A stretch of DNA of 64,000 bases from the human T2T-CHM13v2.0 reference genome, Homo sapiens. Made by a program: the position numbers and the translations under genes. Positions 39,658 through 51,341 of this stretch are shown piece by piece. Below the pieces are notes generated by a model. That model was not told where the DNA came from, did not search any database, and saw nothing but the letters and a program-made list of their open reading frames with translations. The stretch lies in NCBI RefSeq assembly GCF_009914755.1, contig NC_060931.1; one strand, written 5' to 3'. Within the stretch, counting starts at the first letter, position 1. Every line of letters starts with the position of its first letter.

Positions 39658-40137
39658 TATTATGGTCTGAATGTTGGCATCTCCCTCAAATTCATACGTT
39701 GGAACCTAGCACCCAGTATGATAGTATTAAGAAGTGAGAGTCTTTTGGGAATAAAGTTACGAGGGCTCTGTCTTCATGAATGGGATTAGTGCTTCTTATA
39801 AAGGAGGTTGAAGGGAGCCGCCTTGCCCATACTGCCATGTGAAGACGAAGCAACAAGGTGTCATCTGTAAAGCAGAGATTCCTCACCAGACACTGAATCT
39901 GCTGGTGCCTTGATCTTGGACTTCCCAACCTCTGGGACTGTGAGAAATAAATGTGTATTTTTGTAAGTCTGTAAGTCAGCCTTCAATATGAGCATCCAGT
40001 TTTCTCTGACCCTATTGAAATTATGCACTGTCATCACATTAAAAAACAATCTCTCACTGCATTGCAATTTATTTACTGGTATTTTTGAGCACCCAGTGTA
40101 AGGTATTTTGTTATAGCAGTCTGAATGGACTAAGACA
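39658..40137 (+). mobile_element. MLT1A-like MaLR solo LTR carrying a 116-bp foreign insert
   Basis: tatggtctgaatgtt..ctcaccagacactgaatctgctggtgccttgatcttggacttcc..ggactaagaca; TSD CTCCC 39653-39657 / 40138-40142. Confidence 0.9.
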
Positions 40138-40979
40138 CTCCCAAATATATAACAACATACAGAGATTCTCTAGTTAATATCCGTAATCACACAGAATCCA
40201 TAAATCTCTTATCCGACAGCAATGTTTTGAAATAAACTTGTGTAGTATGCCTCCCAAAAAGAACCAAATACAAATAGATATAGTAAAGGTATATGGCCAA
40301 TTTTTATGGAACAGTTACCAAATCATAGCCCTGTGGTTACATGCATTATGTCATTTAATCACAATAACCCTGTGAGGGTCTTATGAGGTAGGTATTCTCA
40401 TTGAACCCATTTTACAAAAAAATGGGAGATGTTGCTTCTAGCTAGTGTTCTCTGTTCCTATCTCCTAGGTACAGTATACATTTTTTAGTTGTTCACCTCT
40501 TTTTCTCTGTTATTTATTTTACCTTTCTTCCTGCAGATTTACCCTTTTAGAATATGCCCATCAATTTTTACTACCAGTCCCAAAATAGAGCTTCTCTTTT
40601 TAGCTCCCCCCCCAGTCCTGAGCATCTTCTCACTCCACTTGGGAAGCTGAAAACCTCACAGGCCATGTTTTATGGATGCCTGGACACCCCCAGTGTGGGC
40701 AATAAAGCTCTTTATACAGAGGATGGAATTATGGCTCAATATCTATTTGGGCTGGCTGTTCCTGGAACCAGAGATAGTTTATTTATGACTAACGAAAACT
40801 TACTAATCTGTCTTCAAGTGACAAGTGACAGAAACCCAGCCGAAACTTAAGCAAAGGAAAAAGTCATTTGGTTGACTGGAACTAAGAAGAATCAAAGAGG
40901 AGCTGGAATCAGACACTATCCCAAATCTCTCTCTGTCTTTCTCTCTCTTCCCATATCTCTCTCTCACTTAGAGGATTGT

Positions 40980-41640
40980 CAACAATAAGAAAAATACAAC
41001 CTATCTTCCACTGGCTTAAGAAATAAGTCCTTCATTTCCTTCAAGTGTTTGTTCAAATCTCACTTCTTCAGTGAAGCCAAATTCTCACTTTATTCAACAT
41101 CAAAACCTGTCCCTTTGATCCTAGCATTCTTGATTCTTTTTGCCATGCTCCTCTTATCAATTTTTTTCTGCTTACTATTTCCTAACATACTATAGAATTT
41201 TCTTACTTAACGTTTTTAGTTTATTATAATCTCTCTTGGCTAGAATGTGAGTTCCACAAGGGTAGGGATCTTGTGTTTTGTTCACTGAGCTACTTCAGAC
41301 ACCTAGAATAGGGTCTGGGACATGGTAGATGCTCAACAAATATGATTGCATGAATGAAAGGGAATCTATTATCTTACATAAGAAGAAATCTCAAGTTGAG
41401 TGGACCCAGGATTGTTGGTTCAATGGCTCAATGACATAATTTAAAACCATACTTTTTCCATCTTTCCTGTCTGCCATCCTCAGCACTTCAGCTAGGCCTC
41501 TTAGGCTGGCTCTTTTCATGTTCGCAAGATGGCTGCTGCAGTTCCAAGTATCACATGTTGACAAGTATCACAGGTTGATAAGACATATGCGGCAACAGCA
41601 GAAGGACGGTTGCTAGCTGCTTCTTTTCTGACTCTATTTT
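40980..41640 (-). mobile_element. Old MLT1 (J/K-like) LTR fragments split by an L2
   Basis: ctgccatcctcagc..tcatgttcgcaagatggctgctgcagttccaagtatcacat. Confidence 0.55.
41030..41358 (+). mobile_element. L2a 3' end
   Basis: tagaatgtgagttccacaagggtagggatc..cacctagaatagggtctgggacatggtagatgctcaacaaata..gaatgaa. Confidence 0.8.
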
Positions 41641-41718
41641 TTTTCTTTAATCAGTGAAAAGTCATATATTATTTTTTAAAAGCCACACTTGCATATATAA
41701 CAACTGAAGTTAAGATAA

Positions 41719-41964
<246 letters not shown>

Positions 41965-42499
41965 TAAGTTACTCAAGTGCAACCATGTGTTAGTTTTGGA
42001 AGAAATAAGTCAATGTAAATGTATGAAATGTTAGGAAGGCATTTCTAGGTATAGTAAGTGTAATAATTCAACATTGCTTTTGAAAAGTATAATAGCTAGA
42101 AAAATTACTTTTAAAAATCTATAGTAGTTTCTTATTTTGATAAAATTCTTAGAAATAAAACATGAGGAGATCTGCCATGAAGATGACTAATGGGAAGGTG
42201 TTCTTGATTATATTAAAGTAAGGCAAAGTATCTTTAAAAACTGTGAAAATGTATTTTAAAATACAAATTTTCTATATGGTATAATATAGCCAAAATATAT
42301 GAGAGACAATTTATTTGTTTTTTGGCTTAATCGATGGAATGCATATTTTATTTAACCTATGTTATAGGTCAAATGGATTAAAAAATTAACTTTTGCTAAG
42401 AAGATGAGACAGTGGTAAGGGGTCTGTTGAACTCATTTAATATTGCTGTTTGAAAAAATAAAGAGTATATGGTGTAAAAATATTAATTTAAAAATGGAC

Positions 42500-43660
42500 T
42501 ATATTGGTTGTAATCTTGTTCAACATTATCTGTAAGCCTCATGCTTATAAAATCTGAAGCAAGAATAACTACAGATCACCCTGTTAATCCTTTGGGCATT
42601 CCTAGTTGAATTAAGTTTGTCCTTGTTAAAGAAATTATCTTTGTTTTTTTTCCCCCTCAGGCATGCATGTAAAACAGTTCCTGTCTCAATGTATGCCTTA
42701 GGCAAAAAGTTCAGTGCTCAATTACCTGCTGTCTGAAGTCTCATATTTTGCAGCAAGCAAGTGAAATAGCATTTTAATCAGAAGTCTTGACCTCTGCTCT
42801 TCTTTTCCCTTCACAGCACTGCAAGCTATTTGGCATATGAAGGTCTTGACCTGAGAAAACCATCTTGGATAACTGCAGCAAGGAAAAGGAAAAATGCAAC
42901 ACCTAGGAGATTTCAGTAAACAGTAGAATCATGCCAACCTAATCTGTGTTAAAATGCTTGGAATGTGGGAGCCGCTGATGATGCCTCTTGTCTGTGTGTC
43001 TGACTGAATCCTTTCTTTTCTCAGAGCAGCAAAGCAAAGCCTGGGAACCAGGCCAAATGCCTGCCACTTACCTTAAATTGATCAGCCACTTTGAGATTAA
43101 AACCCCTGAAAGCTGCCACACCGTGAAAACAAGGCCTCCTTCACATTAAAGGCAAATTGCGACTTTGGGTTTGCTGTGATCTTTTTTCCATTTTATCCAG
43201 TTTTTCACAGTGCACTTTTTTCCCCCTTTCCATTTATGCTCCAATATAGAAGCCAATAGTTACAGCATCTTGGCCAAGCATTCATTAAGGTTTATAAGAA
43301 CAAAATTTATGGTTATTTAGGAGTTGGCACAAAGGCAGACTGTTGCTGGAAAAAGAAAAAGAAATACAGGTGGGAAATAGAAGCCTCCACAAAGGCCCAC
43401 ACTATACAGTAGTGTACTAGACTCTAGTAGTGGGCTGGGAGGAAAATGAAATAGTATTTGAAACCAGCTACTCTTCTATTCTGAATCATTCTCATTTATG
43501 GCTCTGCAGATTATTGAAACAAGTATACTGGTTATTCCAGGAGATTTTTCTGTCTTGGGTAAATGCTACCATTTACAGGAGCTGACAGTAGAGATAAATA
43601 GATGTGTGCCAATCTGAGTGATCTGGCAGTTTGGCTAAAGGATAAAGTGCATTTAAAAAA
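42500..43660. promoter_or_regulatory. Putative conserved non-coding element / enhancer (repeat-free island)
   Basis: No recognisable TE; TTTATGG/TTTATAA homeobox-type, TGACAG, TTGGCA and AGGTCTTGACCT motifs; conservation not verified. Confidence 0.45.
43072..43345 (-). other. Candidate 274-nt non-coding exon
   Basis: Minus-strand acceptor tttctttttctttttccAG|(43345) and donor AAG|GTAAGT (43072/43071); stop codons in all three frames. Confidence 0.3.
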
Positions 43661-43663
43661 GAA

Positions 43664-43857
43664 ATATATATATATATATAATTTCTATATTTATATATAG
43701 AAATATATATCTATATATTGCTATATAGATAGAATCATATATATGATATATATGACTCATATATGATTTTTATATATGATATATATATGATATATATATA
43801 TGATATATATATGATATATATATATATATGAGATATATATATATATATATATATATG

Positions 43858-43888
<31 letters not shown>

Positions 43889-43901
43889 ATATATATATAT
43901 A
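43664..43901. repeat. AT-rich compound (TA)n/(TATATGA)n repeat
   Basis: Direct read. Confidence 0.93.
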
Positions 43902-45424
43902 AGATCAGGATAAGGGCTTTCCCGTAAAGAGAAGAGTCACATTATCCTCCTTAGTGGACCTTACATAATGCTGAGCCTGTGTTCCCAAAAATCTAGGGTG
44001 TGGGTAAAACACACCCTTAATCTTAGAATTCGGGTAGTAATGTGGAATTCTGATGCAGGCTGGAAGGCTTTATTCTCCTTCAGGAAATACTGTTAATGAT
44101 TCTTCTTCCTTTAAAAAAATACCCTGGCTTTCTTCACTAGGGGAATAAGAAAGCTCTTTGCCCTATCTTTTGCAATATTTATTAAGTAAGCCCTTTAAAA
44201 ATATAGTTTAGTTTCTACTCATTGTTGTCTAAGAACTACCTAGAGTACTATCATTTATTGAAAAAATATACAGCTTCAGTGTTTCATGATGTAAACTGTT
44301 CCTAAAATATCACTTATTTTAGCTGCACTGGTAACTCACTATGTGACTTGGGGCAGGTTAATTTACATGTTCAGCCATCTCCCATTCTCAAATAGGAATA
44401 CTAATAACGATTATAATAATAAAACATACTATTCCACTGTGATGAGGTAGACTGTGATGAAGTATTTGCTTCTACTTCCATAACTTTGCATATGCTAGAA
44501 TATTTTACCCTTTCCTCCCCATGAAATTAAGTTCATCAGTTTTACTGATACTGTTTTGAAAACCTTCCACCTGATTCTTTTTATTCCTGTTTATCAGCAT
44601 CACTTCAACATGGATACACATACTGATATTTTGACCCGCATTTGTTCACAGGTTGCTCTGCAGCAGACCTATTTAATTGTGCATGGATATAAGTGATTCA
44701 TCCTAACTATACATGCTTAAAGCTCCCCAGGGGAAAGGGGAATGACCTTCCTGATATCTCTCCACCATTCTTGTAACAGTCCTCTGTTCTGAAAAGACAC
44801 TCATTAAATCTGGAAAATTGAAGATGCACAGAATCTTTTGTGTCATTTCATAAAATGCCAGCTACAACTCTGGATGCATGAGCACACATGTGACCATCAC
44901 TTGCAAATAATACTGATTATTTCTGAGCCTGGGTTAGTCTGTTTAGCAATCATAATAAGACATTTGCCTTGTTTTGCAGAGTGTCAGAAAGCCACAGCCA
45001 TGATAAAAGGAAACACAGAAAAAGCTATGGCTCAGTGTGTTGGTCAACTCTGTTTCTGCCCCTTTTTAACCAGTTTGTCTTATAAGTTTGTCGTTAAAAT
45101 TTTCCATCACACCTAATAGACTTTTATCTTGATCATCAATTTTATAACTTCCAAGTCTTCATACTTCATATTTCCTATTAATTGTGATTGTTCTGTGTTT
45201 CTTTTTTTTCTATTTTTTTAAAAATTATCTTTAAGTTCTGGGGTGCATGTGCAGAACCTGCAGTTTTGTTACATAGGTATGCATGTGCCATGGTGGTTTG
45301 CTGCACCCGCGAATCCATCCACTACTTGAGGTATTTCTCCTAATGCTATCCCTCTCCTAGCCCCCCACCCCGACAGGCCCTGGTATGTGATGTTCCCCTC
45401 CCTATGTCTATGTATTCTCATTGT

Positions 45425-48400
45425 TCAACTCCCACTTATGAGTGAGAACATGTGGTGTTTGGTTTTCTGTTCTTGTGATAGTTTGCTAAGAATGATGGTT
45501 TCCAGCTTCATCCATGTCCCTACAAAGGACATGAACTCATCCTTTTTTATGGCTGCATAGTATTCCATGGTGTATATGTGCCACATTTTCTTTATCCAGT
45601 CTATCATTGATGGGCATTTGGGTTGGTTCCAAGTCTTTGCTATTGTGAATGGTGCCATAATAAACATATATGTGCATGTGTCTTTATAGTAGAATGATTT
45701 ATAATCCTTTGGGTATATACCCAGTAATGGGATTGCTGGGTCAAATGGTATTTCTAGTTCTAGATCCTTGAGGAATCGCCACACTGTCTTCCACAATGGT
45801 TGAACTAATTTGCACTCACAGCAACAGTGTAAAAGCATTCCTATTTCTCCACATCCTCTCCATCATCTGTTGTTTCCTGACTTTTTAATGATTGCCATTC
45901 TAACAGGTGTGAGATGGTATCTTGTGGTTTTGATTTGCATTTCCCTACTGACCAGCGATGATGAACTTTTTTTCATATGTCTGTTGGCTGCATAAATGTC
46001 TTCTTTTGAGAAGGGTCTGTTCATATCCTTTGCCCACTTTTTGATGGGGTTGTTTTTTTCTTGTAAATTTGTTTAAGTTCTTTGTAGATTATGGATATTA
46101 GCCCTTTGTCAGATGGATAGATTGCAAAAATTTTCTCCCATTCTGTAGGTTGCCTGTTCACTCTGATGATAGTTTCTTTTGCTGTGCAGAAGCTCTTTAG
46201 TTTAATTAGATCCCATTTATCAGTTTTGGCTTTTGTTGCCATTGCTTTTGGTGTCATGAAGTCTTTGCCCATGCCTACGTCCTGAATGGTATTGCTCAGG
46301 ATTTCTTCTAGGATTTTTATGGTCCTAGGAGGGACTCTTTGATCCATTTTGAGTTGATTTTTGTATAAGGTATAAGGAAGGAGTCCAGTTTCAGTTTTCT
46401 GCATATGGCTAGCCAATTTTCCCAACAATATTTATTAAATAGGGAATCTTTTCCCCATTGCTTGTTTGTGTCAGGTTTGTCAAAGATCAGATGGTTGTAG
46501 ATATGTGTTGTTATTTCTGAGGCCTTTGTTCTGTTCCATGGGTCTATATATCTGTTTTGGTACCAGTACCATGCTGTTTTGGTTACTGTAGCATTATAGT
46601 ATAGTTTGAAGTCAGGTAGCCTGATGCCTCCAGCATTGTTCTTCCTGCCCAGGATTTTCTTTGTTATGCAGGCTCTTTTTTGGTTCCTTATGAAGTTTAA
46701 AGTAGTTTTTTCCAATTCTGTGAAGAAAGTCGGTCGTAGCTTGTTGGGGATAGCATTGAATCTATAAATTACTTTGGGCAGTATGGCCATTTTTATGATA
46801 TTGATTCTTCCTATCCATGAGCATGGAATGGTTTTCCATTTGTTTGTGTCCTCTCTTATTTCCTTGAGCAGTGGTTTGTAGTTCTCCTTGAAGAGTTCTT
46901 TCACATCCCTTGTAAATTGTATTCCTAGGTATTTTATTCTCTTACTAGCAATTGTGAATGGGAGTTCACTGATAATTTAGCTGTCTGTTTGTCTGCTATT
47001 GTTGTATAGGAATGCTTGTGATTTTTTCACATTGATTTTGTATCCTGAGACTTTGGTGAAGTTGCTTATCAGCTTAAGGAGATTTTGGGCTGAGACAATG
47101 GGGTTTTCTAAATATACAATCATGTCATCTGCAAAGAGAGATAATTTGATTTCCTCTCTTCCTATTTGAGTACGCTTTATTTCTTTCTCTTTCCTGACTG
47201 CCCTGGCTAGAACTTCCAATACTATGTTGAACAGGAGTGGTGAGAGAGGGCATCCCTGTCTTGTGCCAGTTTTCAAAGGGAATGCTTCCAGCTTTTGCCA
47301 ATGCAGTATGATATTGGCTGTGGGTTTGTCATAGATAGCTCTTATTATTTTGAGATACATCCCATCAATACCTAGTTTATTGAGAGTTTTTAGCTTTAGC
47401 ATGAAGGGCTGTTGAATTTTCTTGAAGGCCTTTTCTGCATCTATTGAGGGAATTGTGTGGTTTTTGTCTTTGGTTCTGTTTATATGATGGATTATGTTTA
47501 TTGATTTGCATATGTTGAACCAGCCTTGCATCCCATGGATGAAGCCAACTTGATTGTGGTAGATAAGCTTTTTGATGTGCTGCTGCATTTGGCTTGCCAG
47601 TATTTTATTGAGGATTTCTGCATCGATGTTCATCAGGGATATTGGTCTAAAATTCTCTTTTTTTGTTATGTCTCTGCCAGGCTTTGGTATGAGGATGATG
47701 CTGGCCTCATAAAATGAGTTAGGGAGGATTCCCTCTTTTTCTATTGATTGGAATAGTTTCAGAAGGAATGGTACCAGCTCCTCTTTGTACCTCTGGTAGA
47801 ATTCGGCTGTGAATCTATCTGGTCCTGGACTTTTTTTGGTTGGTAAGCTATTAATTATTGTCTCAATTTCAGAGCCTGTTATTGGTCCATTCAGGGATTC
47901 AACTTCTTCCTGGTTTAGTCTTGGGAGAGTGTATGTGTCGAGGAATTTATCCATTTCTTCTAGATTTTCTAGTTTATTTGCATAGAGGTGTTTATAGTAT
48001 TCTCTGATGGTAGTTTGTATTTCTGTGCAATTGGTGGTGATATCCCCTTTGTCATTTTTTATTGCGTCTGTTTGATTCTTCTCTCTTTTCTTCTTTATTA
48101 GTCTTGCTAGCAGTCTATCAATTTTGTTGATCTTTTCAAAAAACCAGCTCCTGGATTCATTGATTTTTTGAAGGGGTTTTATGTCCCTGTCTCCTTCAGT
48201 TCTGCTCTGATCTTAGTTATTTCTTGCCTTCTGCTAGCTTTTGAATGTTTGCTCTTGCTTCTCTAGTTCTTTTAATTGTGATGTTAGGGTGTTGATTGTA
48301 GATCTTTCCTGCTCTCTCTTGTGGGCATTTAGTGCTATAAATTTCCCTCTACACACTGCTTTAAATGTGGCCCAGAGATTCTGGTATGTTGTGTCTTTGT

Positions 48401-49234
48401 TCTCATTGGTTTCAAAGAACATATTTATTTCTGCCTTCATTTCATTGTCTACCCAGTAGTCATTCAGGAGCAGGTTGTTCAGTTTCCATGTAGTTGAGCG
48501 GTTTTGAGTGAGTTTCTTAATCCTGATTTCTAGTTTGACTGCACTGTGGTCTGAGAGACAGTTTATTATAATTTCTTTTCTTTTACATTTGCTGAGGAGT
48601 GCTTTACTTCCAACTATGTGGTCAATTTTGGAATAAGTTTGATGAGGTGCTGAGAAAAATGTATATTCTGTTGATTTGGGATGGAGAGTTCTGTAGATGT
48701 CTATTAGGTCTGCCTGGTGCAGAGCTGAGTTCAAGTCCTTGATATCCTTGTTAACTTTCTGTCTCATTGATCTTTCTAATGTTGACAGTGGGGTATTAAA
48801 GTCTCCCATTATTATTGTGTGGGAGTCTAAATCTCTTTGTAGATCTCTAAGGACTTGCTTTATGAATCTGGTTGTTCCTGTATTGGGTGCATATATATTT
48901 AGGAGAGTTAGCTCTTCTTGTTGAATTGATCCCTTTACCATTATGTAATGGCCTTCTTTGTCTCTTTTCATGTTTGTTGGCTTAAAGTCTGTTTTATCAG
49001 AGATTGGATTGCAACCCCTGCTGTTTTTTGTTTGCCATTTACTTGGTAGATCTTCCTCCATCCCTTTATTTTGAGCCTATGTGTGTCTCTGCACATGAGA
49101 TGGGTCTCCTGAATACAGCACACCGATGGGTGTTGACTCTTTATCCAATTTGCCAGTCTGTGTCCTTTAATTGGGGCATTTAGCCCATTTACATTTAAGG
49201 TTAATATTGTTATGTGTGAATTTGATCCTGTCAT
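45425..49234 (-). pseudogene. LINE-1 ORF2 (endonuclease/reverse transcriptase), frameshifted
   Basis: Pieces: MTGSNSHITILTLNVNGLN (EN); 48234-49061 (GDFNTP, SDH); 46977-47954 (325 aa, [14 protein letters not shown]); C-terminal 45425-46904. Confidence 0.9.
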
Positions 49235-49297
49235 TATGATGTTAGCAGGTTATTTTGCTCGTTGGTTGATGTGGTTTCTTCCTAGCATCGATGGTCT

Positions 49298-50326
49298 TTA
49301 CAATTTGGCATGTTTTTGCAGTGGCTGGTACCAGTTGTTCCTTTCCATGTTTAGTGCTTCCTTTAGGAGCTCTTGTAAGGCAGGCCTGGTGGTGACAAAA
49401 TTTCTCAGCATTTGCTTGTCTGTAAAGGATTTTATTTCTCCTTCACTTATGAAGCTTAATTTGGCTGGATATGAAATTCTGGGTTGAAGATTCTTTTCTT
49501 TAAGAATGTTGAATATTGGCCCCCACTCTCTTCTGGCTTGTAGAGTTTCTGCTGAGAGATCCACTGTTAGTCTGATGGGCTTCCCTTTACGGGTAACCCG
49601 ACCTTTCTCTCTGGCTGTCCTTAATATTTTTTCCTTCATTTCAACCTTGGTGAATCTGACAATTATGAGTCTTGGTGTTGCTCTTCTCAAGGAGTATCTT
49701 TGTGGCGTTCTCTGTATTTCCTGAATTTGAATGTTGGCCTGCCTTGCTATGTTGGGGAAGTTCTCCTGGATAATATCTTGAAGAGTGTTTTCCAACTTGG
49801 TTCCATTCTCCCCGTCACTTTCAGGTACACCAATCAAATGTAGATTTGAACTTTTCACATAGTCCCTTGTTTCTTGGAGGCTTTGTTCATTTCTTTTTAC
49901 TCTTTTTTTTCTCTAAAGTTCTCTTCTCTCTTCATTTCATTCATTTGATCTTCCATCACTGATACCCTTTCTTCTACTTGACCGAATCTGCTACTGAAGC
50001 TTGTGCATGTGTTACATAGTTCTCGTGCCATGGTTTTCAGCTCCATCAGGTCATTTGAGGTCTTCTCTACGTTGTTTATTCTAGTTAGCCATTCTTCTAA
50101 TCTTTTTTTCAAGGTTTTTAGCTTCTTTGCGATGGGTTCGAACATTCTCCTTTAGCTTGGAGAAGTTTGTTATTACCAACCTTCTGAAGCCTACTTCTGT
50201 CAACTCATCAAAGTCATTCTCTGTCCAACTTTGTTCCATCACTGGTGAGGAGCTGCAATCCTTTGGAGGAGAAGAGGTGCTCTGGTTTTTAGAATTTTCA
50301 ACTTTTCTGCTCTGGTTTCTCCCCAT
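49298..50326 (-). pseudogene. LINE-1 ORF1 (RNA-binding protein), frameshifted
   Basis: MGRNQSRKVENSKNQ..; LIGVPESDGENGTKLENTLQDIIQENFP..ARREWG..YPAKLSF; split over three ORFs. Confidence 0.9.
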
Positions 50327-51341
50327 CTTTGTGGTTTTATCTACCTTTGGTCTTTGATGATGGTGACCTACAGATGGGGTTTTGGCGTGGGTGTCCTTTT
50401 TGTTGATGTTGATACTATTCCTTTCTGTTTGTTAGTTTTCCTTCTAACAGTCAGGACCCTCAGCTGCAGGTCTGTTGGAGTTTGCTGGAGGTCCACTCCA
50501 GACCCTGTTTGCCTGGGTATCACAAGCAGAGGCTGCAGAACAGCAAATGTTGCTGCCTGATCCTTCCCCTGGAAACTTCATCTCAGAGGGGTACCTGGCC
50601 ATATGAGGTGTCAGTCGGCCCCTACCAGGAAGTGTCTCCCAGTTAGGCTACTCGAGGGTCAGGGACCCACTTGAGGAAGCAGTCTGTCTGTTCTCAGATA
50701 TCAAACTCCATGCTGGGAGAACCACTACTCTCTTCAAAGCTGTCAGACAAGGATGTTTAAGTCTGCAGAAGTTTCTGCTGCCTTTTGTTGAGCTATGCCC
50801 TGCCCTCAGAGGTGGCATCTATAGAGACAGGGAGCCTCCTTGAGCTGCTGTGGGCTCCACCGAGTTCGAGCTTCCCAGCTGCTTTGTTTACCTAGTCAAG
50901 CCTCAACGAGGCAGATGCCCCTCCCCCAACCTCGTTGCTGCCTCGCAGTTCGATCTCGGATTGCTGTGCTAGCAGTGAGCAAGGCTCCGTGGGTGTGGGA
51001 CCCGCCCAGCCAGGCAGAAGATATAATCTCTGGTGTGCCGTTTGCTAAGACTGTTGGAAAAGCGCAGTATTAGGGCAGGAGTGTCCCAATTTTCCTGGTA
51101 CCGTCTGTCACGGCTTCCCTTGGCTAGGAAAGGGAATTCCCCGACCCCTTTCTCTTCCCAGGTGAGGCAATGCCCCGCCCTGCTTCAGCTCACACTCCGT
51201 GGGCTGCACCCACTGTCCAACCAGTCCCAATGAGATTAACCCTGTACCTCAGTTGGAAATGCAGAAATCACCTGTCTTCTGCGTCCCTCATGCTAGGAGC
51301 TGTAGACTGGAGCTGTTCTTATTTGGCCATCTTGGAACTCC

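Larger units (their letters stand above)
45205..51341 (-). mobile_element. Full-length ~6.1 kb L1PA (L1PA5/6-like 5' part, possibly L1PA7-like 3' part); inner part of composite 2
   Basis: T-rich tail ~45205-45220; 5' end gggagttccaagatggcc; ORF1 49298-50326; ORF2 45425-49234; left TSD 45188-45204. Confidence 0.95.

Noticed and set aside
40554-40850. 98-aa ATG ORF in mostly unique DNA
   Set aside because: No recognisable homology, ends in MLT1-like sequence, and the length is compatible with chance
42976-43008. C/D-box snoRNA (CTGATGA..CTGA)
   Set aside because: Boxes only ~20-25 nt apart, with no terminal stem
46977-47954. 325-aa reverse-transcriptase ORF as an active or novel gene
   Set aside because: Ordinary L1 ORF2 fragment; flanking frameshifts make the element non-functional
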